DNA from: an uncultured Prevotellaceae bacterium
GTDB taxonomy: Bacteria; Bacteroidota; Bacteroidia; Bacteroidales; Bacteroidaceae
DNA length: 64,000 nucleotides
Direction: 5' to 3'
NCBI GenBank assembly: GCA_937900485.1
Contig: CALCEL010000027.1
Coordinates: 2,466-66,465 of the forward strand
In this document: positions 29,251 to 40,183 of the stretch, piece after piece
Numbering within the stretch: the stretch's first letter is position 1
How the letters are laid out: each line of letters begins with the position of its first letter
Translations under genes and position numbers: made by a program
The notes under the pieces: model-generated
Databases searched by the model: none
What the model saw: only the letters and a program-made list of their open reading frames with translations
Told to the model about the DNA's origin: nothing

Positions 29251-30089
29251 TGGAAAATAAATACTATATAGAATACGTGAAGAGGAATCTTCGCAAGTGT
29301 CAGTTGAAACAGCTTGACATTCTTGTGGAGATAGACAGGATATGCAAGAAACACAATATTGTTTATTGGCTTGATGGGGGCAGTATCCTCGGAGCAGTGC
29401 GTCATGGCGGATTCATACCTTGGGACGATGACATAGACCTGGGTATGAGGCAGGAAGACCTGGACCGTTTTGTTGAGGTCGCGCAAACGGAGCTGCCGTC
29501 ACATTTGTTCCTTCAGACAAAAGACAGCGATCCCGGGCAGAAGGAGCCTATAGTGAAGATCAGAGACTTAAACTCGCTATATATAGAGGACACAGACGTG
29601 TTCTCCGTGGATTATCAAAAGGGATTGTTCGTCGACATTTTCCCCTTCGTGGACTATCCGAAGGTGTCAAGAGGACTGGCGCACGACATACTCAAAGGAT
29701 TGTCCGTGAGTCATAGCATACTGCATCGTCAGCACTACTATTCATGGAAGTCTTTCGCAGAGTTCTTCTATTTCGGAATGAAAAACGTCGTGCTCAATTC
29801 TTTGTGGAAAATCTTGAGCTGTGTTATGCCGGACAGTGACTACATGGGTAATATTCCGATAAATAATGGTTATGGCATAATGCACAGAAAAGACAGCGTT
29901 TTCCCTGTCAGTGACATACAATTCGAAGGTATGTCCTTTTCCGCGCCTAGCAATCCGGATGCCTATTTGAAGGACTTATACAGAAACTATATGGACGTGC
30001 CGCCGCCAGAGAAACGTCGCATTCACGCCATATTTGTGGCTCCCCAGCTTTTGAGTGAAAGTGAGTGCGGTGGAGAGTCAGACAAATGA
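29247..30089 (+). CDS. LicD-family phosphotransferase (phosphocholine / ribitol-phosphate transferase family)
   Basis: LicD signature LDGGSILGAVRHGGFIPWDDDIDLGM. The start overlaps the upstream stop (ATGA). Confidence 0.75.
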   Translation: MMENKYYIEYVKRNLRKCQLKQLDILVEIDRICKKHNIVYWLDGGSILGAVRHGGFIPWDDDIDLGMRQEDLDRFVEVAQTELPSHLFLQTKDSDPGQKEPIVKIRDLNSLYIEDTDVFSVDYQKGLFVDIFPFVDYPKVSRGLAHDILKGLSVSHSILHRQHYYSWKSFAEFFYFGMKNVVLNSLWKILSCVMPDSDYMGNIPINNGYGIMHRKDSVFPVSDIQFEGMSFSAPSNPDAYLKDLYRNYMDVPPPEKRRIHAIFVAPQLLSESECGGESDK

Positions 30090-30105
30090 CTTTTGTCTGC
30101 TATAG

Positions 30106-30137
30106 TTTGTTGATGAGGAAAGTTTTATATATCTTTG
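30106..30137 (+). promoter_or_regulatory. Candidate promoter of the fumarate hydratase gene
   Basis: TTTG at 30106-30109, a 20-nt gap, then TAtcTTTG at 30130-30137, 48 nt upstream of the ATG at 30185. Confidence 0.5.
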
Positions 30138-30184
30138 CGTGACAAATCGATATATTGATATAAACATATAATTCTAAAAGTATT

Positions 30185-31837
30185 ATGGCTCAAGCACCAG
30201 AATTTAAGTATGCTCCGATGTTCCAGGTTGGTAAGGATGATACAGAATACAGACTTGTATCAAAGGAAGGAGTCAGTGTAAGTGAATTTGAGGGTAAGGA
30301 AATAGTAAAGGTCTCACCGGAGGCTCTCACCTTATTAGCTCAACAGGCTTTTCATGACGTGGAGTTTATGTTACGTCGTGAGCACAATCTTCAGGTTGCT
30401 AAGATATTGAGAGATCCTGAGGCGTCAGAGAATGACAAGTATGTCGCTCTTCAGTTTCTGCGTAATGCGGAGACTGCCTGCAAGGGTGTGTTGCCTTTCT
30501 GTCAGGATACCGGTACTGCGATTATTCATGGTGAGAAGGGTCAACAGATATGGACCGGTTTTGAGGATGAGGAGGCGTTGAGTAAGGGTGTGTTCAACAC
30601 ATATACACAGGATAACCTCCGTTATTCTCAGAATGCCCCACTTAACATGTATGACGAGGTTAACACCAAGTGTAACCTTCCGGCACAGATCGACATTGAG
30701 GCTGTGGAAGGTGCGGAGTATCGTTTTGTGATGGTGGCTAAGGGCGGTGGCTCTGCCAACAAGACATACTTCTATCCTATGACCAAGGCTACGATACAGA
30801 ACGAGGGTACGCTTTTGCCTTTCCTCGTAGAGGAGATGAAGCACCTCGGTACTGCTGCCTGTCCTCCATATCATATCGCTTTTGTTATTGGTGGCACGTC
30901 AGCGGAAAAGAATCTCCTGACTGTTAAGCTCGCCTCAATCAAGTATTACGACAATCTGCCGACTACAGGAGACGAGACAGGACGCGCTTTCCGTGACATC
31001 GATCTTGAGCAGAAATTGCTGAAAGAGGCTTATAAGATTGGATTGGGCGCACAGTTCGGTGGTAAGTATCTTGCGCACGACATCAGAGTTATCCGTCTTC
31101 CACGACATGGCGCTTCCTGTCCTATAGGAATGGGAGTGAGCTGTTCTGCGGACAGAAATATTAAGGCAAAGATAAATAAGGACGGTATATGGCTGGAGAA
31201 AATGGACGACAATCCATCAGAGCTTATACCTGAGGAGTACAGAAGACCAGGTGAGGGCACTAAGGGCATAGAGATTGACCTTGACAAAGGCATTGACGCC
31301 GTACGCGCTGAGCTTACTAAGTATCCGGTGTCTACACGTGTGAACCTCAAGGGAACAATCATTGTGGCTCGTGACATCGCTCACGCCAAGCTCAAGGCTC
31401 GTCTTGACGCAGGTGAGGGAATGCCACAGTACTTCAAGGATTATCCAGTTCTTTACGCTGGTCCTGCAAAGACTCCGGAAGGCTATCCTTGTGGTAGTAT
31501 GGGACCTACAACGGCCAACCGTATGGACCCGTATGTGGATGAGTTCCAGGCTAACGGAGCGAGCCTCGTGATGATAGCGAAGGGAAACAGAACACAGCAG
31601 GTTACAGACGCTTGTAAGAAGCATGGCGGTTTCTACCTCGGCACGATTGGTGGTGTGGCCGCTGTACTCTCACAGAGCAGCATCAAGAGCATTGAGTGTG
31701 TCGAGTATCCAGAGTTGGGTATGGAGGCAATATGGAAGATTCGTGTCGAGGACTTCCCAGCGTTTATTCTTGTTGATGACAAGGGTAACGACTTCTTTAA
31801 GCAGCTCAAACCATGTGAGGGCTGTACAATACTGTAA
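30185..31837 (+). CDS. fumB: Class I (Fe-S) fumarate hydratase
   Basis: 550 aa. Fused alpha and beta domains of Fe-S-type hydro-lyases (CQDTGTA, GGGSANK, GPTT..RMD blocks). Confidence 0.85.
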   Translation: MAQAPEFKYAPMFQVGKDDTEYRLVSKEGVSVSEFEGKEIVKVSPEALTLLAQQAFHDVEFMLRREHNLQVAKILRDPEASENDKYVALQFLRNAETACKGVLPFCQDTGTAIIHGEKGQQIWTGFEDEEALSKGVFNTYTQDNLRYSQNAPLNMYDEVNTKCNLPAQIDIEAVEGAEYRFVMVAKGGGSANKTYFYPMTKATIQNEGTLLPFLVEEMKHLGTAACPPYHIAFVIGGTSAEKNLLTVKLASIKYYDNLPTTGDETGRAFRDIDLEQKLLKEAYKIGLGAQFGGKYLAHDIRVIRLPRHGASCPIGMGVSCSADRNIKAKINKDGIWLEKMDDNPSELIPEEYRRPGEGTKGIEIDLDKGIDAVRAELTKYPVSTRVNLKGTIIVARDIAHAKLKARLDAGEGMPQYFKDYPVLYAGPAKTPEGYPCGSMGPTTANRMDPYVDEFQANGASLVMIAKGNRTQQVTDACKKHGGFYLGTIGGVAAVLSQSSIKSIECVEYPELGMEAIWKIRVEDFPAFILVDDKGNDFFKQLKPCEGCTIL

Positions 31838-32006
31838 TGAGTGAACGAACGTGCGATAGTGAAGATAAGTGATAAGGGGTGATAGTTAAGACTATGACGA
31901 TACTTGACTTTTCACGTTTAGAATGAATATTAATAACAATTAAATAGCAAGGTGAGGATAAGAGGGCTGCTTGCGGTTCCTCATCCCTCGCTTCAACAAA
32001 ATCATT

Positions 32007-32567
32007 ATGGATGACGTAAAAGTTTTCATTAAAGAGGCTGAGGACTCCATGGAGATGGCTGCATTGCATCTTGAGGAGGCTCTTAGTCGTATCCGCGCCG
32101 GACGCGCTAACGTGCATATCCTTGATGAGGTGCGTGTGGAGTCTTACGGACAGCATGTCCCACTGAGTAACGTTGCCAGTCTTAATACACCTGATGCTCG
32201 TACCATCACTATCAAGCCATGGGAAAAGCAGATGCTGAAGGTTATCGAGAAGGCTATCATCGATTCTCCTGTCGGTATCATGCCGGAGAATAACGGTGAG
32301 ATAATACGTCTTGGTATACCTGCCCTCACAGAGGAGAGACGTAAGGATTTGACAAAACAGTGTTCTAAGGAGGCTGAGACAGCTAAGGTCAGTGTTCGTA
32401 ACGCTCGCCGTGAGGCTATCGACAAACTCAAGAAGTCTGTTAAGAATGGTGTGCCTGAGGATGTAGAGAAGGACTCTGAGGACACAGTGCAGAAGATTCA
32501 CGACAAATATGTCAAGAAGATTGAGTCTATGCTCGAGGTCAAGAACAAGGAGATCATGACTGTGTGA
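32007..32567 (+). CDS. frr: Ribosome recycling factor
   Basis: 186 aa from the ATG at 32007. Contains L...RIRAGRAN..ILD.V.V..YG, PLTEERRK.L.K and similar blocks. Confidence 0.9.
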   Translation: MDDVKVFIKEAEDSMEMAALHLEEALSRIRAGRANVHILDEVRVESYGQHVPLSNVASLNTPDARTITIKPWEKQMLKVIEKAIIDSPVGIMPENNGEIIRLGIPALTEERRKDLTKQCSKEAETAKVSVRNARREAIDKLKKSVKNGVPEDVEKDSEDTVQKIHDKYVKKIESMLEVKNKEIMTV

Positions 32568-32590
32568 TTTCTTTGTCGTGATATAAAAAA

Positions 32591-32627
32591 GGCGGAACAG
32601 GATATTCCTGCTCCGCTTTTTTTGTTG
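32591..32627 (+). terminator. Rho-independent terminator after frr
   Basis: ggcggaacagg-atatt-cctgctccgc stem (one mismatch) followed by ttttttt. Confidence 0.75.
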
Positions 32628-32852
32628 TGAGACGTCACATCGGGTTTTCAGACGTTGACGAACCGCAAAGCGAAAGCATTCGATAGGCTACTGACTGCAG
32701 TGCCTATATATGAAATGAAGTCTACATTCATACTTCTACATTTCTGTGCGTCTTGAATGTCAGAGTCGAGTCAATAGAAATCAGTGTTAACCATTACCTT
32801 GCGTGAGTCCTTTTTGTACCGGTTTGAGATATGAAAAACTCGTAAACACACA

Positions 32853-33182
32853 CTTACCAGATTTCCTATCCGCCCCCCAATTTTTACTGTCCGAAACTCC
32901 CCTTTTCCCGTTGACACGTGTCAGCGATAAAATGACTTCTGAAATTTTCCCGTGTCTTATTTGGCGTCTGAAAATCTCAGGTTAGGACGTTGAAAAGTTC
33001 AGGTTAGGATTTTTAAACTCTCAGACCTGCGTATTGACTATATCCTAACTTGAGAGTTTCAAAAAAGACACCTGAGATTTTTAAAAGTCTTGTTTTAAGA
33101 ATATCAGCAAGTTAACCGGATTTTAGTAAAAACTAGTCATAAGAAAATTGGTTACACTCCAAATTGTCCATAATTCCACCAG
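32853..33182 (+). repeat. Copy 3 of the ~330-bp structured repeat family
   Basis: Colinear with the other copies. B1 (32971-32982, aaaatctcaggt) is a perfect complement of B4 (33070-33081). B2 (32998-33010) pairs with B3 (33042-33054) with one G-T. The palindrome tgacacgtgtca lies at 32912-32923. Confidence 0.9.
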
Positions 33183-33626
33183 TTTATTTATCTGTTTCTC
33201 ATGCTTTTTGATGTCATGGCCAAGTTGTAGCAACATCCATTAGTAGACTCATGACGGATGAGAGTCCCAGGAGTGGCAATAGTTGTTACCTTGGTGTTTG
33301 CAAATTCTTTTATATCAACTACTTGTGTGTTAAATGACAGGAAGTGATGACGTGGATTCTAAGGAGAATTAAAATGATGAAGATTTTACTTTTATATACC
33401 TCAAATACGTGTTATGATATATATATATCACTTGAATGCCACCTTTTTCCGTGATATGTCAGATTAATTCGAAAGAAATGTAGTATCTTTGCTAAGACTT
33501 TGATGTCTATTGTCTCACGAACCCTTTAGTGTTACTTATCATACTTTTCAGATATACATCTCAGTCAATTATCAATTATGTAAATTATACATGTGAACTC
33601 ATGTGTCAGATTCATTAAAAACAATT

Positions 33627-35459
33627 ATGAGAGAGTTCTTCAATGTGATGGGCAAATACTTTGCCAATTACAAAGGTTATATAGCGGCAGCTTTTGGAGT
33701 TAATGTCCTTTCCGCTTTCTTGAATATATTCTCTTTCGCAGCTATAATGCCGATACTGAATATATTATTCAAAGTAGACAATAACGTGTATTCTTTCATT
33801 CCGTGGGGAGATGGAGACTTCAAGGATACGGCGATGAATAATATATATTATTATTCTCAGGTTCTTATCGAGCAGTTTGGTCCGGCGACGACCATGCTCT
33901 TACTCGGTATTGTGCTTTCTGTCCTGACATTATTCAAGACGGGAACATACTTCGGAGGTTCGGCGTTGCTGATGCCTTTGCGTACGGGTATAGTCAGAGA
34001 TATACGAAATGACATTTATCGTAAGATTCTGAGTCTGCCGCTCTCGTTCTTTAATGAGGAGCGTAAGGGAGACATACTCACACGTGTGAGCACTGACGTG
34101 AATGAGATAGACTCGAGCATCACCAGTTCTCTGGACACGCTCATCAAGAATCCGATCCTGATTTTAGTGTATGTCGGCACCCTTGTCTACATCAGTTGGC
34201 AGTTGACGTTGTTCACTCTTCTTGTTGTGCCTGTTCTGGCGGTGGCGATTGGTAAGATAGGAAAGTCGCTGAAAGCAAAGAGCATAATGCAGCAGACCAA
34301 GCTGTCCGACAGTATAAGTCAGATTGAGGAAACTCTCGGAGGCCTTAGAATCATCAAGGCGTTCATTGCTGAGCAGAAGATGATGGACAGGTTTGAGAAG
34401 GTGAACAACGAGTACAGGAACATATCCAACAGAGTGGCTATACGTCAGTCTGCCGCTCATCCTGTGAGTGAGTTCCTGGGAACTGTCATGATAGTGATTG
34501 TCCTTTGGTTTGGCGGTTACCTGATTTTCTCAGGCCGTTCAAGTATAGACGCTGGAATGTTTATCTATTATCTGGTTATTTTGTACACGACCCTGCAGCC
34601 GTTGAAAGACATCTCTAAGGCGGGATATTCCGTTCAGAAAGGTCTTGCTTCCATGGAGCGTGTGAATATGATTTTGTCCGCAAAGAACAATATCACGGAG
34701 GTCAGCAATCCAAGTAAGGTGGACGGGTTGAAGGATAAGATAGAGTTGCGTGACGTTTGTTTCTGTTATGAGAACTCAGAGCGTAATGTCCTAAGCGGGA
34801 TAAACATAACAGTGCATAAGGGTGAGACAGTAGCTCTTGTCGGTCAGTCAGGTTCGGGTAAGAGCACGCTTGTTGACCTCATACCTCGTTATCATGATGT
34901 CACAAGCGGTGAGCTGCTGATAGACGGAGTGAATGTCCGTGACTTGTCAATCAGATCGCTGCGTTCAATAATAGGCAATGTTAATCAAGAGGCCATATTG
35001 TTTAACGACACTATATACAATAACATCGCTTTTGGTGTTGAGAATGCTACGATGGAGCAGGTTGAGGCTGCGGCTCGAATAGCTAACGCGCATGACTTCA
35101 TCGTTGAGATGGAGAACGGTTATCAGACAAATGTCGGTGACCGCGGATGCCGACTCTCAGGAGGTCAGAGACAGCGTATCAGTATTGCGCGCGCTATACT
35201 TAAGAATCCGCCGATCCTCATCCTCGATGAGGCGACGAGCGCACTCGACACGGAGAGTGAGCGTCTCGTTCAAGATGCTTTGGGTAAGCTGATGAGCTCA
35301 CGCACCACAATAGCCATTGCTCATCGTCTGTCAACTATTAAACATGCGGACGTGATATATGTGCTTCACGACGGTAATATTGTGGAGAAAGGCACGCACG
35401 ATGAGCTGATTGCTATGGGTGGATACTATAAGCGCCTGCATGACATGCAGACGCTATGA
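33627..35459 (+). CDS. ABC transporter, fused permease/ATPase (MsbA-like lipid/drug exporter)
   Basis: Six-TM exporter domain, then Walker A GQSGSGKST, signature LSGGQRQR and Walker B ILILDEATSALD. The start is either the GTG at 33603 or the ATG at 33627. A TAtcTTTG box lies at 33484-33491. Confidence 0.85.
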   Translation: MREFFNVMGKYFANYKGYIAAAFGVNVLSAFLNIFSFAAIMPILNILFKVDNNVYSFIPWGDGDFKDTAMNNIYYYSQVLIEQFGPATTMLLLGIVLSVLTLFKTGTYFGGSALLMPLRTGIVRDIRNDIYRKILSLPLSFFNEERKGDILTRVSTDVNEIDSSITSSLDTLIKNPILILVYVGTLVYISWQLTLFTLLVVPVLAVAIGKIGKSLKAKSIMQQTKLSDSISQIEETLGGLRIIKAFIAEQKMMDRFEKVNNEYRNISNRVAIRQSAAHPVSEFLGTVMIVIVLWFGGYLIFSGRSSIDAGMFIYYLVILYTTLQPLKDISKAGYSVQKGLASMERVNMILSAKNNITEVSNPSKVDGLKDKIELRDVCFCYENSERNVLSGINITVHKGETVALVGQSGSGKSTLVDLIPRYHDVTSGELLIDGVNVRDLSIRSLRSIIGNVNQEAILFNDTIYNNIAFGVENATMEQVEAAARIANAHDFIVEMENGYQTNVGDRGCRLSGGQRQRISIARAILKNPPILILDEATSALDTESERLVQDALGKLMSSRTTIAIAHRLSTIKHADVIYVLHDGNIVEKGTHDELIAMGGYYKRLHDMQTL

Positions 35460-35524
35460 TGAAGTCGGAAGTTAGTGCGCTTGCGTGTAGAGAGCTTGCG
35501 TGACTTGCGTGCCGCGCGTGTGCA

Positions 35525-36172
35525 CTACATCTGTCCTGACTCAATCAGGAGGATACATCTCTCTGTCAGTCGGTCGTCACAATCCGGGTCATATTCTTTT
35601 TTCAGGCTTGCTCCGAACAAGCTTGCGAAGGCGTTGTAGAAACCAGCCTTGAAACCACCCATGTATGTCTTTATTAGCTCGTAGCTTGTCTGGTTACATT
35701 GCCTGTCTATCAGTTTGATGAGAAGCTTACCCTGTGAGAAAGTGAGTTTTTTCAGACGAGGTGTGTACTGTTTCTTCAGCTCTTTCTCCGCTATTTTCAT
35801 ATAGGCGTCCTTCTCTTTCTTAGTCGGTAGGGAGTCGAGGTGAGCGATAGTTTTGTCAAGCGTCACTTTTATCTCACACGCAATCGGATAAACCTTCTTG
35901 ATGTTATTCGCTATGCGGTAATATTTCTTGGCTTGCTTTGGGCTCTTAAACACAAGCTTCGGATAGACGTAAAAGTCAGCGTATGTGAAAGTGGGAATCA
36001 TCTCACCTTCAAATTCCGCCATCCCCGTGAAATATTTAGCGTGAGCGAATATCGGCTCGCCAGTCATCAGTACGTCATTGTCGTGTGAGGCCACAATCTG
36101 CTGGCCCTCAGCGTGTGTGAACGTGATGCTGAGGAAACAGGACAATAGTACGTATTTATTGACAATATTCAT
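35525..36172 (-). CDS. Hypothetical secreted protein (DUF4294-like)
   Basis: Signal peptide and a basic helical protein with KLIDRQC..TSYELIK and YDP motifs. The family name is recalled from memory and not verified. Confidence 0.55.
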   Translation of the reverse strand: MNIVNKYVLLSCFLSITFTHAEGQQIVASHDNDVLMTGEPIFAHAKYFTGMAEFEGEMIPTFTYADFYVYPKLVFKSPKQAKKYYRIANNIKKVYPIACEIKVTLDKTIAHLDSLPTKKEKDAYMKIAEKELKKQYTPRLKKLTFSQGKLLIKLIDRQCNQTSYELIKTYMGGFKAGFYNAFASLFGASLKKEYDPDCDDRLTERCILLIESGQM

Positions 36173-36337
36173 GACGGCCAAATATCTTAGGTCGCAAAAG
36201 TACTAAGAAAAACATTAATACTCTAATTTTTGATTTCACAGTCGTTTTAATTTTTATTTTTTTAAATATTGGCTTATTTTTTTGTCTTTGTTTTGTTATC
36301 TTTGCCATTAGTACGATAAAGAATAGAAATTAAGGTA

Positions 36338-38956
36338 ATGGGAAAGAAAGAAGAACTCACTCCGATGATGAAACAGTTTTATGATTTAAAATCAAAGCAT
36401 CCTGACGCTTTGTTACTGTTTCGATGTGGTGACTTCTATGAGACATATAATGAAGATGCTAGTGTAGCTGCTGATATTCTTGGTATAACTTTGACGAGAC
36501 GTAGTAGTGTGGCGGGTACGACCGCCAATGGTACTGCTATGGCGGGTTTCCCGTATCACGCTCTTGATAACTACCTGCCTAAGTTGGTGAGGGCTGGTAA
36601 GAGAGTGGCTATATGTGACCAGCTGGAAGACCCGAAACTTACCAAGAAGCTTGTGAAGAGAGGCATTACGGAGCTTGTGACTCCAGGCGTCGCTTTTGAT
36701 GATAATGTGCTTAGTCATAAGGAGAATAATTTCCTCGCTTCGGTGCATTTCGGAAAGGCTGCCTGTGGAGTGTCTTTCCTGGATATATCAACGGGAGAGT
36801 TTCTCGTGGCAGAGGGAACCACGGACTACGTGGACAAACTCTTGGCAAATTTCTCACCGAAAGAGATACTCTTTGAGAGGGGCAAGAAGATGATGTTTAC
36901 CGGTAATTTCGGAAACAGATTCTTTAATTTCGAGATGGACGACTGGATTTATTCTGATAATACGGCGTACTCGAAGCTGCTTTCACATTTCGGCGTGAAA
37001 AATCTGAAGGGATTCGGAATAGACCACCTGAAAAATGGTATCGTTGCGGCTGGCGCTATCCTCTTCTACCTTGAGCAGACGTTACATAATAACATGTCTC
37101 ATATACGTAACATCTCCAGAATTGAGGAGAATAAGTATGTGCGTCTCGATAAGTTCACAATCAGAAGCCTTGAACTGGTCGAGCCGATGAACGAGGGAGG
37201 AAAAAGCCTCCTGAGCATAATCGACAAGACGGTCAGCCCTATGGGTGGACGTATGTTGAGGAAGTGGATGGTTTTCCCTCTCAAGAGCGTCACGCAGATT
37301 AGACAAAGACAAGAGGTCGTGGAGTGTTTCTTCCGTGACCCAGACTTCCGTGATAGTGTTGAGGAGTGTGTGTCCCAGGTTGGTGACCTTGAACGTATCG
37401 GCTCAAAAGTGGCGGTCGGACGCGCTAACCCGAGGGAGATTTTTCAACTGAAAAACGCACTCAACGCAATTGACTCTATAAAGAAGCTGTGTCAGGACAC
37501 GGACAATGAGAGCATAGGGAAAATAGGTGAGACGCTTGACTCATGTACCGAGTTGCGTGATGTGATAGAGAAGCAGCTTGTCCCTAATCCTCCTCTGTTG
37601 GTCGGTAAGGGGCAGGTCATTAGAGACGGATTCAACGAGGAGTTGGATGAATTGAGAGCTGTCGCTTACAGCGGCAAGGATTATCTGCTGAAGATACAGC
37701 AGAGAGAGATTGAAGCTACTGGAATACAGAGTCTTAAAATCGGATTCAACAATGTCTTCGGATATTATATAGAGGTGAGGAACACATACAAAGATATGGT
37801 TCCGGAAGAGTGGATACGAAAACAGACACTGACTCAGGCAGAGAGATACATAACACAAGAGCTGAAGGAGTATGAGGAGAAAATCGTCGGAGCGGAGGAG
37901 AAGATAGCTGTCCTTGAGGCTTCCCTGTTCAGTGAGATAGTGACTAAGGCGGCTACGTTCATATCACAGATACAAACGGACTCAGTACTCATAGCTCAGC
38001 TGGACTGTCTGCTTTCTTTCGCTTTAGCGGCCAGGGATTACAGATATGTATGTCCTGTGGTCGACGAGAGCTTGGTCATTGACATCAAGCAAGGAAGACA
38101 CCCTGTGATTGAGACACAGATGCCGGTGGGAGAACAGTATGTGCCAAATGATATTTTGCTGGACAGCCAGTCTCAGCAGATAATAATTCTCACGGGACCT
38201 AATATGGCGGGTAAGTCTGCTTTGCTCCGACAGACCGCATTGATTACGTTACTTGCTCAGATAGGTTCGTTTGTGCCTGCTGAGAGTGCGCGTATCGGCG
38301 TGACGGATAAGATATTCACACGAGTGGGCGCAAGTGACAATATCTCGGTCGGAGAGTCAACATTCATGGTAGAGATGAACGAGGCGGCAAGCATACTTAA
38401 CAATATCTCAGAACGCTCTCTTGTCTTGTTCGACGAGCTTGGCAGAGGAACATCCACATATGACGGCATCTCCATAGCATGGTCCATCGTGGAGTATATT
38501 CATGAGAACGCTCATGCGCATGCGCGTACCTTGTTCGCCACTCATTACCATGAGCTGAATGAGATGGAAAAGTCGCTTGAGAGAGTGAAAAACTTCAATG
38601 TCTCGGTGAAGGAGGTGAACGGAAAAGTGATTTTCATGAGAAAGCTTGTTCCTGGTGGCAGTGAGCACTCTTTCGGTATTCATGTAGCTAAGATCGCTGG
38701 CATGAACGAGACTATTGTCCGACGCGCTGAACAGGTGTTGAGAGACCTTGAACGAAATAATTCGGGCGATTCTGTTTCCGGACCACAGAAGTTGACCTCA
38801 CCTAATGATAGTGGTACCCAATTGAGTTTCTTCCAACTGGATGATCCTGTGCTTTCTCAGGTAAGAGATGAGATATTGAATATCGACGTGAACAGTCTCA
38901 CTCCGCTGGAAGCCTTGAACAAACTAAATGAAATAAAGAAGATTGTTAAGGGCTGA
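36338..38956 (+). CDS. mutS: DNA mismatch repair protein MutS
   Basis: 872 aa. TPMM.QY N-terminal mismatch-binding motif ([11 protein letters not shown]), Walker [21 protein letters not shown] and FATHYHEL. Confidence 0.95.
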   Translation: MGKKEELTPMMKQFYDLKSKHPDALLLFRCGDFYETYNEDASVAADILGITLTRRSSVAGTTANGTAMAGFPYHALDNYLPKLVRAGKRVAICDQLEDPKLTKKLVKRGITELVTPGVAFDDNVLSHKENNFLASVHFGKAACGVSFLDISTGEFLVAEGTTDYVDKLLANFSPKEILFERGKKMMFTGNFGNRFFNFEMDDWIYSDNTAYSKLLSHFGVKNLKGFGIDHLKNGIVAAGAILFYLEQTLHNNMSHIRNISRIEENKYVRLDKFTIRSLELVEPMNEGGKSLLSIIDKTVSPMGGRMLRKWMVFPLKSVTQIRQRQEVVECFFRDPDFRDSVEECVSQVGDLERIGSKVAVGRANPREIFQLKNALNAIDSIKKLCQDTDNESIGKIGETLDSCTELRDVIEKQLVPNPPLLVGKGQVIRDGFNEELDELRAVAYSGKDYLLKIQQREIEATGIQSLKIGFNNVFGYYIEVRNTYKDMVPEEWIRKQTLTQAERYITQELKEYEEKIVGAEEKIAVLEASLFSEIVTKAATFISQIQTDSVLIAQLDCLLSFALAARDYRYVCPVVDESLVIDIKQGRHPVIETQMPVGEQYVPNDILLDSQSQQIIILTGPNMAGKSALLRQTALITLLAQIGSFVPAESARIGVTDKIFTRVGASDNISVGESTFMVEMNEAASILNNISERSLVLFDELGRGTSTYDGISIAWSIVEYIHENAHAHARTLFATHYHELNEMEKSLERVKNFNVSVKEVNGKVIFMRKLVPGGSEHSFGIHVAKIAGMNETIVRRAEQVLRDLERNNSGDSVSGPQKLTSPNDSGTQLSFFQLDDPVLSQVRDEILNIDVNSLTPLEALNKLNEIKKIVKG

Positions 38957-39013
38957 AGCCAGTCATTCAGTGATGATATAAAACCTTTGTAAGAACCAAA
39001 AAAATAATGTACT

Positions 39014-39925
39014 ATGGGAAAAGCAAAAATAATACATGATGACTCGTGGATGTCGTCATTGTCAAATGTGCTTAGTGGATTTCTTTATGACTTCACCAGT
39101 GATGGCAACTATAACTTGGGAAAACTGAAACATAGTGACGTGGTTGTTGATGGTAAGCATTATAAGGTGATGAGTAAGCTGCTGGTAAGCGGCAGAATGT
39201 TTGAGTGTTTTCGACTCACGCTCGAGGATGACTCGGAAAATGACACGGAGCTTGTGCTGAGAAGGATGACGGAGCTGTTCAAACGACAACATCCGGAGTG
39301 CTCAGGTCTGTTGGCTCATGAATATGAGTTGTATAAGGAGATGAACTTGTCTCATAATGACGGACTTATTGATATCGTTGACTATATTCCTGAAGAAGAG
39401 GTTGTGCTTAGTAAACTGGTGCCGGGATTGTCCTTGGACAGGTTTGTGGAGCAGAATCCCGAATATTATTTCAAGCGTAGGACTACAATCAAAATGCTTA
39501 AGCAACTGATAAAGACTGTCGACTTTCTGCATAAGAAAGGATTGTGCCACTTTAACATATCTCCGGAGAATATTCTCGTGAAGATGACTGAGGAACATGA
39601 CATAATGTTGCTTAACATCGGTTTGGCGGCAGCATATAATAAAGGTGTACGTTTTGCTCCTTTCCTGACAAACGGTTTGCCGCCGGAGATGACAAACGCT
39701 GAGCCGTTGGATAAACAAACGGATATTTTTGAGATAGGACAGATTATAAAGTATATCATCAACGTGAGAAAGAAAGATCCTACAAGAGCAAGTAACCACC
39801 TTAAGATGATAGCGATGAAATGTACTAAGAGAAAACGTGAGGAACGTTACTCGAACGTGAGAGAGATATTGAAAGATATTGAGGTGTGGGAGCATAAATA
39901 TGATAATTTCTTCGACGGCAAATAA
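39014..39925 (+). CDS. Protein-kinase-like fold protein lacking catalytic residues (predicted pseudokinase)
   Basis: LHKKGLCHFNISPENILV aligns to the kinase catalytic loop (H-R-D-x-K-x-x-N) as H-F-N-I-S-P-E-N. NIG replaces DFG. APE-like PPE and a downstream D..(E/S).G helix are present. Confidence 0.6.
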   Translation: MGKAKIIHDDSWMSSLSNVLSGFLYDFTSDGNYNLGKLKHSDVVVDGKHYKVMSKLLVSGRMFECFRLTLEDDSENDTELVLRRMTELFKRQHPECSGLLAHEYELYKEMNLSHNDGLIDIVDYIPEEEVVLSKLVPGLSLDRFVEQNPEYYFKRRTTIKMLKQLIKTVDFLHKKGLCHFNISPENILVKMTEEHDIMLLNIGLAAAYNKGVRFAPFLTNGLPPEMTNAEPLDKQTDIFEIGQIIKYIINVRKKDPTRASNHLKMIAMKCTKRKREERYSNVREILKDIEVWEHKYDNFFDGK

Positions 39926-39983
39926 TTGATTATGTCGTTTCTGTGACCTTGTCGTGTTGATGTCCGTCGAAATCTGTTTGTGT

Positions 39984-40022
39984 GTGGGTTCTATTCACAG
40001 CGTGAGCGTGATTAGAACCCAC
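39984..40022 (+). terminator. Hairpin downstream of the kinase-like gene
   Basis: gtgggttcta / tagaacccac forms a 10-bp perfect stem with a 19-nt loop. No U-tract. Confidence 0.3.
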
Positions 40023-40183
40023 ATGTTGCAAAACGACATGAGACTCAGTGTTTTTTGCCGCTTGAAAGCCAATGATATGACGTATTTGCTTTTTTCCATA
40101 AACTCCTACCGCTTATTTGGTGGAAAAGTCGTACATTCGCGACCAATAAGTATTGATATTTATTTTTAAAAGGTTTATATAAT

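Noticed and set aside
36281-36304. A promoter call upstream of mutS (TAtcTTTG at 36297-36304).
   Set aside because: The -7-like box is present, but the nearest TTTG elements lie only 6-12 nt upstream instead of ~19-20 nt, in a T-rich tract where such matches are expected by chance. It is left unannotated.
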